Assembly: GCF_036321535.1 (NCBI RefSeq)
Contig: NC_087436.1
Location: 72,542,001 to 72,606,000, forward strand
Direction: 5' to 3'
DNA from: Camelus dromedarius
Taxonomy: Eukaryota
Length of the DNA: 64,000 nucleotides
The position numbers were made by a program, and so were the translations under genes. Below, piece after piece: positions 52,992 to 64,000 of this stretch (positions within the stretch are counted from its first letter, which is position 1; each line of letters starts with the position of its first letter). The notes beneath the pieces are model-generated. The model had not been told where the DNA came from, ran no database searches, and saw only the letters and a list, made by a program, of their open reading frames with translations.

Positions 52992-53279
52992 CAAAAGCAT
53001 GTAGTGGGAGCTCCAGCTCTGGCTGGCCGGCTGACTGATTCAGGTTATGCCTGTCACCCAGAGCAACTAAAAACACCACCCACTATCCGGCAGGTGACCC
53101 CACGGAGCAAACCAACCCTTCTGGTCCATGCTCCCCACCTCCTCCCGCAGGAGCCCGAGAAGAAGATGGAAAAGTTTGGGGAGTAGTCCCCGGCTCACCA
53201 GAAGGGCAATTTTTCATTCCTCAGCCACTCTCAGGTGTTCAGAGAGGGAGGATGACATCCGGACAGTCCTCCGGCCACT

Positions 53280-54240
53280 CCTCCCTCAGGGCCGATTATG
53301 AAACTCTGGGCACTTTGTACCTCACCCCGCTAGTTAGTCCTCGGGCCCGAGGCCCCTCCCCAGACTTATAAAGGTCGCGGCGCGGGGCCGTCGACCTCAC
53401 TTGCCTGGCAGGCGGGTTGTCGGACGGACGTGGCAGTCGAGTGGCCCCTCCGGCTCTGCTCAACGCGCCCCCAAGCCCGCGCCCAGCCCGCGTCCCGCAG
53501 ACGCTCACCTCAGGAGACGATGATGGAGCCGGTCCGCGCCTGCCAGGTCCCCGCGCTGCTGCTCTGCCTGGGTGAGTCCCCCGCCCTTGCCCGCCGCTCA
53601 AGTGGGGACAGGCGGCCTGGAGGCAGCTGTCATCTCAATGCGGAGCTTCCCACCAGGCTCAGGCGTGCTCCACTTCACGCGGTGTCTCTTGTTATGCAAA
53701 TCAGTCTTTCCCTCCAGCAGGGGATGGAAGAGGGCTGGGGGGGGGTGTCTGTGTTCAAAATGCTTTTCATTGATAAATCAACGTGCTATATATGTGATGA
53801 ATGAATTCATAGAGCTCTGTATTTAGCGAAATAAAAAGTTGAAAAGGTTTGGGCTTTTCCTTTTGAAAATTTGCCAGTTCTAGAAATCCAAAGACCGAGA
53901 AGACGCGGTGGGGGCGGGAACCGACAAGACCCGCGCCAGTTAAAGACCTTTTGGAGAGAAATGCTTTTCCGTCTTGCGCTCAGTTTTCTAACTCAGGCCT
54001 GGTTAAGCTTCTGGGGGCGCTGGTGTGCGCCTGTGTCAGGTGTGCGCCGGTGTCGGCGGTGCTGAAGCTCCGGACTAGACGGAATGAAAAGGCTGTGTTT
54101 GCGTGTTTGCGTGCCGGGAGCGGGAGGGACGCGGGCAGGTCCCGGCGCTCCTCGCCGCCCGGGACCCCAAGGCCTGCCGCTTCCGGTTTCCCCCGCAGCC
54201 CCCGCCCCGGGAGGCCGGTCAGGCGCTCTTCACTTGCTGC
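53280..54240. promoter_or_regulatory. EREG: CpG-island-like EREG promoter / exon 1 / 5' intron region with TATA box (tataaa 53367-53372)
   Basis: Sharp rise in GC and CpG density against a CpG-poor background. GC-rich boxes upstream of a TATA ~150 bp before the ATG. Confidence 0.85.
53520..53571 (+). CDS. EREG: Epiregulin coding exon 1 (signal peptide MMEPVRACQVPALLLCLG); gene continues beyond the window
   Basis: VPALLLCLG matches the recalled human EREG signal peptide. Donor G|gtgagt at 53572. Lies downstream of EPGN as in the known EPGN-EREG-AREG order. The second ATG (53523) has the stronger Kozak context. Confidence 0.92.
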
Positions 54241-56119
54241 TAATTACACCCTAGAGCTTGTAATGGCTGAGTGTACTTTAATGCCCGTCTTCTTATTTGA
54301 GATCATTTAGTTCTTGTGCATACGGGAAAAAAAAAAAAAAGAAGAAAAAAATCTTCATGTAACTTACCTGGTTTGAAAAAAAAATATTGCTAGTTCCTAA
54401 ACTTCAAGCGGAATTTGGGGTTTGTATATGAAAGTTGTAATAAGGAAATAAAAGTTGCCAATCTCAAATTCTTTCTGGAATTGCGATGAGGCGAATTCCC
54501 CTAACTATCTGTGCAGGATGTGACAGTTAAATTATTATTTCGACATGCCTTATCTCAAGAGTTGGGAGACTTTATGAAATGCATACTATGCATAGTTGTA
54601 ACTTACTCATCCAAGTTCAAGAACATAGGTGGAAACTGGATCTGTGGTTTCTACCAAACTTTGGTAAGAATGACTTGCTAGAATCTCAGTGTGGCTTTGC
54701 TATCTTTGTTTTGAAGTCCCTGTGAAAAGAATGAAATTACAAAGGTGACAGACTTCCTGGAGTTAGAAATCAACCTAGAGGTCAGAATGGCTTAGCACTT
54801 TTTTTTTTCCACCTGTAAGGTTGCTCTGAACAATGCAGGTATCTGTTCTGGGCCACTCATTGAATATTCTAATTTGAGACAGCAAGAGCCTATGAATAAC
54901 CTGGTTACTACCCCTCTAGTGTATGTGTTGTGTGTGTTTTTGTTGTCATAAAAGTGCTTAAGTCCTTTATTGCATTACTTAATTATAGTTCACCTATTTC
55001 ATCAGCCACCAAGCCCATTTCCAAATGAGCGAGGTCAGTTTCTGTTTTCCCAGTTTGTTTGGATATTTCTCTGCCACTAGGAAAGTTCCTGTTTGAATTT
55101 CCGTATCATATCTCTATACTCTACTGAGGTATGCAAGTCCAACAGTCTTATTCTAAGGCACATGGGAAAAAGGCAAAAACATCTGTTATTTCTGAAATTG
55201 CCATTTCCCGCCCCCCAAACAAAAAATTAACTAGAAATGCTTTTCCCAAATGTCTATCCTTCAAAAGAAGGAGGCATTTATTTTAGATTTTGGCAAACAT
55301 TTTTTTATTATTTTTTGTGGACTTACCTTGATTTATGGCTGGAAAAACAAAATACAAACACCTTCACTTTCCTATTTTGCCTCAAACACATGCAGATTTA
55401 AATTGCTACACACTCCCACAATCATTTAGTTACTTTTATATTTTATAAATATTTGATATCAATGTTCTCACTTTATGTATTGGGAAACTCTGGCCCAGAG
55501 TCTCATAGAAAAGCAGCACTACAATGAAAAAGTTCACTTTTAGCTGGCACTTTTAGCTTACTCAACATTAAGTAAAAAGGTTGAGATACCTCAAACTAGA
55601 TAACACATTTCTAAATAACACACAATTTTGGAGTTAAATTATCATTTTTCATCTTATGATTGTTCCAAAATGAAGATGAGAAATTATTATCTCAAGTTCT
55701 GCAATGAATGTTTAGGGGCTTTTGATCTAAAAATCAAACATGTCCACTGATATCTGAATGGACTTTTGAACACGCTCCTGAATGACATCTCAATGACAAT
55801 TCATCCCTACTTCATTGCCCAATGACAGAGAAGTGAGCAGAGTAAACATTCTTTCTTGAAAACTGAGGAGTATGGATGACAGTGAGACACTGGCTGGCCT
55901 CAGATCTTTTCTGTTGACCCCAAGAGTTTATAAGCTGCCCATGTTGTCACAACCAGAGGTGACACATCATAGGCTGAAAACTTGATGACAGGCCTCTCCA
56001 GGCTGGATTTTTGACCCAGGTTCCCTAGCTGCCTTCCACATCATCTTGCCATACGAGCAAGAGCAACTTAGGTAATTGGGGGGTGTGGCTCAGCACTGAG
56101 GCCCAAATACAGGAGTTGG

Positions 56120-56320
56120 GAACAGAACTAACAGTTACCAAATGCTTCCTGTGTGCCAGCCATGTCGTGTGTTAGGTGTTTTACAATATCATCTCATTTA
56201 CTTCTTAGAATAACTCTATGAGGTAGCTATGATTGGCCCAGTTTGACAAATGAAGAACCGAAGGTTCAGTGAAGTGAGATACCTGCAAGGACTTAGAGAT
56301 AGCAAATGTCAAGGTCATTC
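56120..56320 (-). mobile_element. MIR SINE in EREG intron 1
   Basis: 'ctatgaggtagctatgattggcccagtttgacaaatgaagaaccgaaggttcag'. Confidence 0.65.
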
Positions 56321-57513
56321 TGGAGCAATGTGGAAGGAGCCGGAGGGTCTCAGAGTTACCAGGAATGTAATAAAAATAACTGATTCTAATAGAGAAGTTC
56401 CAGAGTAGTCTGGCGTCTGCCCCAGGGCTTAGAACCTGTTATGGGGACCAGTATATGTGCAAAAATGGTATCTTTATGGTATCACTCAAAATCAGGCACA
56501 GAGAAGTTGTGACTGTTTCCTCAAACTCTGCTAAGAGATGTTGAATTTTTTACTTAACCTGTATTCAGCATTTTTAATCAACATAGTACCCTGGAAATTG
56601 ACTTTTATTATGAAATAACCATTGACATCAGTTGATCAAGGCCTTTATTTCTGTGTTTTCCAAGATGTAAATTAAGTAAAACAATCAAAGAGAAGGACAC
56701 CCATGTCCTTTTTGATTGACTGATTTCCTGTATCAATTTACAGTGTTACTGTGAATTGAACATACTGTATATGAGGGACCGAGTTGGAATCTACAGTACA
56801 TTTCTATTACCAGTGAGAAAATAAACATACTTCCTTGGTTAAAAAAAAAGAAAGAACAATAGTCACACAGTCACTTTGGAAAAAATGAATTTGAATGTCT
56901 TCTGTCCATTTTTGCCCAAGAAGCTTGCATTTTCTGGTTAATGATCACCCAGGAGATATAAATGTCATGTAAGAAATCCTCTTTAAAGAGACTGTAAATT
57001 AAGGTGTGGTTTTCTCATCTGTCAGTCCTCACTCTGAATACAGGCTTATGCAAATTGTCTAATTCATCTGGCTGTAACTGCTGTTAGGAGCATTCCTTCA
57101 GAAGACAATAGGAAGACTCCTCAAAGCTGTAATAGGAGAGCTCCTTAGGGAGGAGCACCGTGACACCCATCACCTTGGTATGACCGTCCTGGAACCTTTG
57201 AAAAAATGAAGTAATGAGACAGACTCAGTGTCCTCTGGCGATGCAGTTGATGTAAGACTGGATGTCTAGTTACAGGGCAAAAAAAGGTGCAGTGACATTC
57301 TAGGTTAAAGTAATGATTTAATTAACTAGGTTACTATTTATAATACACAAGACAACTTGATAATTCTCCAGGAAAAAAAAGTGTTAACCCTTAATCACTT
57401 AGACAAAAAATCCTGAATTTTAAATTTGAGGCATGAAAGTGAGTTAAATACAAATCTTTTTGAAAATCCTTACGAAAATCCTTACGATAAGAAGAGCCTT
57501 TCTTTCTCGATTA

Positions 57514-57518
<5 letters not shown>

Positions 57519-57556
<38 letters not shown>
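57519..57556. repeat. (CA)19 microsatellite
   Basis: Direct read. Confidence 0.95.
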
Positions 57557-57557
<1 letters not shown>

Positions 57558-58815
57558 TCAGGTATGGCAAACTTTATAGTTTTGAGTCAAGGGACATAGT
57601 ATATAGAACACAAGTTTCATACCCCAGTTCTTTTATTTCATACTTTCACAAAGGTTTATTCCTCTTTGAGCTTCAGTTTTCTCATCTGTAGAGAGGAGAT
57701 CGTAATAACTATGTTGTCAGGTTATTGTATATGGATATTATAAATATGATAATATTAATTTTTTTTTAAAAAGACACTTTTAAAATTAGAGCTGTTAGCA
57801 GCAACAGCAAGTGCTTTTTTTTTTTTTTTAAGAAAAAGGCCTCGTTTGATCCTTATAATAACTTCCTTTTGCCGGGTAGGGTTTTGTTATCATTTCCATT
57901 TTACAAATGAGAAAACAGAATTCAAAAGAAGTGAATTACCCAGCATGTAAGGGCTGATTTTTGAATAGGCTGTATCCTCTACTGCGGATACTCCCAACTC
58001 ACACTTCACTTTTGGTGAGAGTTCAACTCATCCTTTAAGACTGAAGAAAACTATTAAGCTTTCTCTGATACTCTCCTCCATCTTTCTGTCACCACTGGAA
58101 AATAAATGGGCAGTCTGCCTCCAGCCCTTTGCACCTCTCTGAGTCCTTCGGTCCTACTCTTCTTACGTCGCACTGTAAGTGTGTATCTGGCGGGTCTCTC
58201 TAAGTACTATACTTATCTTTTATCATTCACATTGTGACTGACTTATATTAATCACCCAATAAATGTTGTGGGGTGGATGATTAGAAAGTTACTTATTCCG
58301 AGTTCTCAGCACTATATTTTGACTTAACCAGCTGTTCTTTGAAAATGTGCTGGAGAGGCAAAATATTTTGATTAAGCAATAGTTTTTGAAAATTCAATTC
58401 TATCTAATAATAAAGTTGAATAATTTTTCTCCCTTATTTTTCCCATTTCTCTTAATGGAGTCTGTATTCACTGATGGTATGCCAAGAAAATTTAAGTATA
58501 TCAGCACTCTGTGTGTGTGTGGGTGGGTGGGTGGGTGTATGTGTGTGTGTGTGTGTGTCTATGTGTCTGTGTATGAGAGAGAGAGAGGGAGAGGTTGGGG
58601 CAGTGAAATGACTGAGTGATGGATAGTCAGTAAGAAAAAAAAAAGTATCGTTTTAGAAATGAAAGGAAACTTAGAGTAACCTGATCTAAATTCCATCTCC
58701 CGCTCTACTCCACCCTACTCATGGGTGCTGTTTTTAGAGATAAGGAAACCCAGCTGCAGAGGGATAAACTTAGTATCTGAGCTAGAACTAGATTCCGTAT
58801 CTTACGGATCTAATG

Positions 58816-59040
58816 CAAGGTTTTTCAGCCTCGGGTCTATTTACATTGTGGACTGGATAATTCTTTGTTGTGGACTGTCCGATACACTGCAGGGTGTTTA
58901 GCAGAGACCCTGGCCGCTACCCACTAGATGTCAGGAGCACCCCCACCCCCGCCTCCCAGGCCAGTTATGACGATCAAAAATGTCTCCAGACATTGCTAAA
59001 TGTCCCTGGCTGACAAAATTACACTAGGGTGGGAAGCACT
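58816..59040 (-). mobile_element. MER20 (hAT-Charlie) near-full-length copy in EREG intron 1
   Basis: 'ggataattctttgttg...tacccactagatgtcaggagcacccc...caaaaatgtctccagacattgctaaatgtccc' is the reverse complement of recalled MER20 consensus. Flanked by atctaatg / agctaatg (7/8 match, hAT-type 8-bp TSD). Confidence 0.88.
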
Positions 59041-59229
59041 AGCTAATGTGTTTTCCATTGCTATAACACATTGCCACTCATGATTCACAGTTTTAGTAAT
59101 CAGTAATCAGTGATTTACCAAGGCAGAAAAAAATCGTATTAACGATAAGCTGGATGCAAATATAAAACCAATTCTAGTGTTAAAAAAACAAGTTAGCAAT
59201 TTTTATTGCTGACTTCAGCACCATTGGTC

Positions 59230-59890
59230 CTGAACGATGATGAATATTATTCACGATCCAGTCACTCCTCCTTTCTTCAGTCATCGCATTGCTGACCACT
59301 CTGTGCCTCCTTTGATAACTCTGTTCTCTTGTCTCCCACGAGACTGAACTTCCTTTTTTCTCCAGTTTCCTTGGCCATTTCTATCCACTCCTTATCACAT
59401 ACTTCCCAAACTTTTATTATTTGCCATTCCGTACTATTTCCCTTGGAACATTTAAATGACTCCTAGGCCTTTAAAGGTGGTATTTCGTCATATGACTTTC
59501 AAATAGACTCCATCGACTCCATTCTTACTCTTTTACTCAAGATCTGTCTTCCCAAGGGCCTCATAAATATACATAGAGGACATATGAGCTACAAACTCAA
59601 ATCCCTTCACTCATTAAGTCCTCCCATCCTGTGGACTAGCTGCGAATGCCACCACGAACCTTCCATCCTGGCTGTGTTATCTACTCTTCTAATGGCTCCA
59701 CCTCCCTGGAGATTTTCTGGCCAGAAACTTGGCATCATCTGTGAATTCTCTCCTTCCCTCTCCCTGGTATCTGGCCCCACTAACTCTATTTAGAACAAGA
59801 ACTCTCTCCTTTGCATCAGTTTTCCTTTCAGCATCTTGTTCAGTATCTTGCATCTAGAAAAATATCAGATATTTATTGAACAGATATTAC
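59230..59890 (+). mobile_element. L2 fragment(s)
   Basis: Pyrimidine-rich L2 motifs ('ccagaaacttggcatcatctgtgaattctctccttccctc') and tail 'atatttattgaa'. Confidence 0.55.
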
Positions 59891-62800
59891 TGAGACATGT
59901 AGTTACTAAAAGTAAGCAAAGGCTAAGCTGCGCCCTCCTTCTTCCCCATTTATTGAGTATGACTAAGCCCTTCCCACCCTCCTGTCATACTACAGGTGCA
60001 TACATGCTTCTCATGGAAGCTGAAGTCTCCAGTGTTAACCAAAAAGTGTATTTTCACAAAGTAAAATTTCTCAGCAGCTTCCGTTGTGCTAGGAGCATTA
60101 CATCGATTCTTTGGATGAAAAGCGATTCACTTTGAGGCTTTTAAAATCATCTTTTATGTACTCATTTTCTCTTTTTGTGTTTTGATGATCACTGATTAAA
60201 ACTGTATCCTTATGCAAATTCATTTTTTGGCAATAGGCTTCTATATAAAAGAATGAATGATAAGATAGTCAATATGGTTTAAAAAATGTCATTAAGTCTT
60301 CAAACCCTTAGGATGCAATACGACCATAATGGGAAAAAAGTTAAATGGCAAACATTTATAATCCAAACTGCTGCTCCTTTAGGAGATTTTTATGTCAAAA
60401 CAGTAAAGTAATAGAAATTTAAATTTCTGAATTGGATCAATAGGGGTAAGTGTGAGAAACAACATGGAAGGGAATAAAGATAGAAAAGGTTATAAAAAGA
60501 CCCTACCATGTAACATTATCTTGAAGAAAAAAATATATATTTTCAATAGACAGTTTGAAGTAATACTCTAGACATGAATCTTTGGTTTTAGGGGCTGCAA
60601 TTCCCATATTTAGAGCTCTTAGTCACAAAGTTCCAAAGCACCCAGATTAATATAAATTAAGTGTACAGTAGTTTTATACAGTAGCTGATGTGCTTTCTCC
60701 TGCCTTAGGAGGACATTTCCATTATGAATAAGACATACACCTTTAAATCCATGTTTAGGGCAAAGTAAACTATACTCTCATATTTTGACTCACTGATTCT
60801 TGATTTGAGTACCTTTAGCTACAGTATTGTATGATCACTAAACTGTATGAGCGCGTTGAAGTATGATTTAGAAATTACTACTGAAATTGAAGGGTTTGAT
60901 TTAACGCCTATGAATTGAAAAATGCGGCCTATTAAATCTTTTCTTGACACTTGACAAGGGAGATCTTATGACTATATTTGAAACTCAAAATTAAAAGATT
61001 TATTTGTAACCCATTATTATGTCAACCTCTGGTTTCATCTCGTTATCCTGTTTTTAATCTCTTTTAATGAAGCTTAGTTATAAGGGTAACATTGAAAAAC
61101 TATAGGAAGAAAATGATTGATGGTAGAAGGCAAGGTTTACAACATACAGATACATATATATATATATAAAATGATATATATATATATATATATTTGTCCA
61201 CTAGTCTCTGAAAAATAGACTGTTACTAGAAAGAACTGACATTAGTTCTTTTCAGTGTCTGATGCGATAAAGAATTTGCAATTATTTTAACCAAGTGGGG
61301 CATGACTTTATCTAATAGTGGAATTTAATTTAAAACAAAAAGACATCTGGAAATGGTGACAGCATATTCACTCCTTGAAAGTACACAAGACCTAACAAGC
61401 CTGCTACGTTACAGACAAATCCTAAAATCACAGACTGCCGTGGAAGAAGGTAGAGAACTAACAGTCCGTGAGCACACAGGCAGGTGACCACAGCAGAAGT
61501 GTGAACAGAGCAGATTCTGCTGCCTGTTTGGGCTGGACAAATACTATGATTCATTATGAATTTGCTGTTCTGGTCTAAATATCCTAAAAGGTTGAATTGG
61601 GAAAATAAAGTGCATTCCTTTCATTCTGCAACCTGTCTCGTTTTATTTGAGATCATTTGTATTTGCTTGATTGTTATTCAGGAAAATCATTTTATCTCTG
61701 AGAACGTCAAGATTATTGCAGAATAGGTTTGGTCAGCCAGTCACCAAATCTCAGCCTCCTTCTAGATGGCCCCTCTGTGTGGCCATAAGGAAACAAGGAC
61801 AAAAGAAACCATATGCAATGAAAAGGACGTTTTCTACATCTGTCACTCCTCCTGAATTTCAGGCAAGCACTTACTTAGTGCTCGGGGCCCACGACATTTA
61901 GTATCCCCCACTGGGGTGGTGGTACTCAGCCTCTCCCACACATTGTCCCCGGTGTTGTGTAAGGTGTGGGCTCGGCCCTGACTCACAGAGTAGAGGTGAT
62001 TTGTATCCTGTGAGTCATCGGCATCACTTCCTGCTGGCACAGTTGGCCATTTCACTGAAACAAATCCCTGAAAGGTGAAGGTAGACAGATGGACAGGAGC
62101 TTTAGACACCTGAAGCCCATTTGGAAATTTAACAGAAATAGTGGCCTCCAAAGGGACTTTTATTTTCATAACATTATTGAAATAGACGTTCTAACGGCCA
62201 GTTTTGAGTTTTCAGATCCTCTGCCCCATTATCATTTAGAACAGAATTCTTCTGTGTCTTAGTTACCAATGTGGAGCTGGCCACCAGATCTGTTTACTGA
62301 CCCTCTGGTATTTCAGAATCTTTAACATCATAGTGAATTATTTTCTTAGCAAGGACCCATGGTCAAGATCAAAAACTCAAATGTAGTATTTGCAGTTGAA
62401 TTACAGAAAGATTATCATGGTCAAATGACAGTAATGTCATGAAAAGCTGAAAGATTAGTGGAATATATGGATATGACTTTAGCATCTATTCTTTCCCTGT
62501 ATGACTTTAAAATAATGAGTTGTGATTTATAAGGGTGACAGGGTGGTAGATATCAAAATTCTCCATGGCTGGGCTGTTTCAGTCGTTTGATTACTTCCAC
62601 TTACTCCTTTTCTGTATTTTGCAACACTCAGGGGCAGAGATGAAGTTGAGGGAAGTTTGAGAACCACTCTTTTAAAGCAATAGAGCTGTGTAGATGGACA
62701 CATGATTTAGAACCAATTTTGCTAGTTTGTTGGCTATGTACATCTGTTGGAAATATAGTCTAAACACTTTCATTTGATAGAAGCATCTAAAATTATTTAT

Positions 62801-63324
62801 AATTTCCTCTGTAAAATACCCGGATGTTGGATTAATGTATCAAGTCTCACAGAAACCATCCTGAGTGATGGACTATGTCCAAGGGAGCGTCACAGGTTAG
62901 GCCAGCCCAGTTTTTGTAGAGGCACGCCCTGCCCTGAACATTCTTTAATTCATAAAAGCAAATATTTCACTTGTGGCCTGGCCAGCTGGGACACAGTTTC
63001 CAACAGTGGAAAAACTAACAATACTAAAAACCTTTGAGGAAAAAAAAAAAAAAAAAAGACTACAAAGCAACACCTTAAAGAAATTAGCTTAATTCTATAA
63101 TAGTTGCAGTTGTAAGCAATTCTGAGCAGGAAAGACTAGGGTCTGATTTGTGCTAAGGATAAAGAAATGATTCTTTGCAGATAGAGAAATGTGCATTTGC
63201 ACCACGGACCTGGATGGCCCTTTTGCAGTGGGAGAATTGGTAATATCTCCTCCCATCACTGAAGAAGCATGGAGGAGTAGGAGCATCATGGATATAAAAA
63301 CACAGATCGAGAACTCTTCAGAAG

Positions 63325-63446
63325 TTGCAGGTCAAAATTATATTGAGAAGTAGAACAAAATTGGCTTGGATGAGAATCTAGCTCATTGCAGGTCAAAATT
63401 ATATTGAGAAGTAGAACAAAATTGGCTTGGATGAGAATCTAGCTCA
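63325..63446. repeat. Perfect tandem duplication, 61 bp x2
   Basis: ttgcaggtcaaaattatattgagaagtagaacaaaattggcttggatgagaatctagctca at 63325-63385 and 63386-63446, identical. Confidence 0.97.
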
Positions 63447-64000
63447 TTCTTTCGAGAAGACTATGGGGACAAACTCACCTTTCTCCATCTTTGTTCAACT
63501 GACAGTGAAATCCAAACTTTAGCAATTTTTTTGTCATTTAAGAAAGATGATTTCCACCCCACCCCCACTCCGTAACAGCAATTGAAGCGTCACTTACATT
63601 GTAGGAGAAATATGGAGTGGGAAGGAGATAGTTCTAAACTTTTCAAAAGATACTTTCAAATCATTGAAAGGTTATGAGACGATGTCAAAAGATAGATTCC
63701 TAAGTTACTTTCTATGGTCACTAGATAATTGATCTTGGACAAGACATTTAATTTATCTGGGTTGAGGCTGTTTGGGGCTAATAACTGCTTCGCAGGATTG
63801 TTATAAGTGTCAAGTTTGAAACATAAGAAATCTCAAACTTTGATACTCTTGTGTAATTTAGTTTTAAATTTTTGTTTTACCCAGAGAATGTGCAGTTTTC
63901 TTAACATATACATACCTCCTCTGTTGAGAAAAAATAAAATTCTTTATTACTTAGATTTAATTATCCTTTAAAGTATCAAATTACAGAGTGATTTATAACC

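Noticed and set aside
52842..53186. HTHTHT / VCVCVC ORFs
   Set aside because: Translation artefacts of the (CA)37 repeat.
53430..53804. 124-aa ORF across the EREG start
   Set aside because: Only 53520-53571 matches epiregulin. The rest is 5'UTR and intron left open by high GC content.
61031..61050. ggtttcatctcgtt (GFHLV) as EREG exon 2
   Set aside because: No AG acceptor precedes it and the following sequence does not encode the expected LQAVLSTTVIPSC. Exon 2 must lie beyond the window.
63325..63446. Direct repeats (also 8481-8606, 44748-44814) as a CRISPR-like array
   Set aside because: Only two copies each, no spacer series, no cas genes, mammalian context.

Overview
Mammalian genomic DNA (AT-rich, CpG-depleted, dense in LINE/SINE/LTR relics) from the EGF-family ligand cluster. 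It holds the complete five-exon EPGN (epigen) gene on + (CDS 3754..9724, 153 aa after splicing) and about 44 kb of repeat-rich intergenic DNA. It then holds the CpG-rich promoter, first coding exon (53520..53571) and the first ~10 kb of intron 1 of EREG (epiregulin); I could not find EREG exon 2 in the window. I saw no Alu, B1/B2, Bov-A/tA, PRE-1 or Can-SINE copies, and the L1 3' ends look laurasiatherian, possibly camelid (inference only). Notable structure: an old L1 carrying three solo LTRs with 4-bp TSDs, one LTR nested inside another; two more young solo LTRs; a short polyadenylated insert inside L1 ORF2; 61-bp and 65-bp tandem duplications; a MER20 and an inverted AP-1 pair plus ETS site in EREG intron 1. 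Two intergenic stretches may be decayed minus-strand coding sequence, but I cannot identify them. I found no convincing novel biological system. Repeat family names come from recall of consensus sequences, not from a search.
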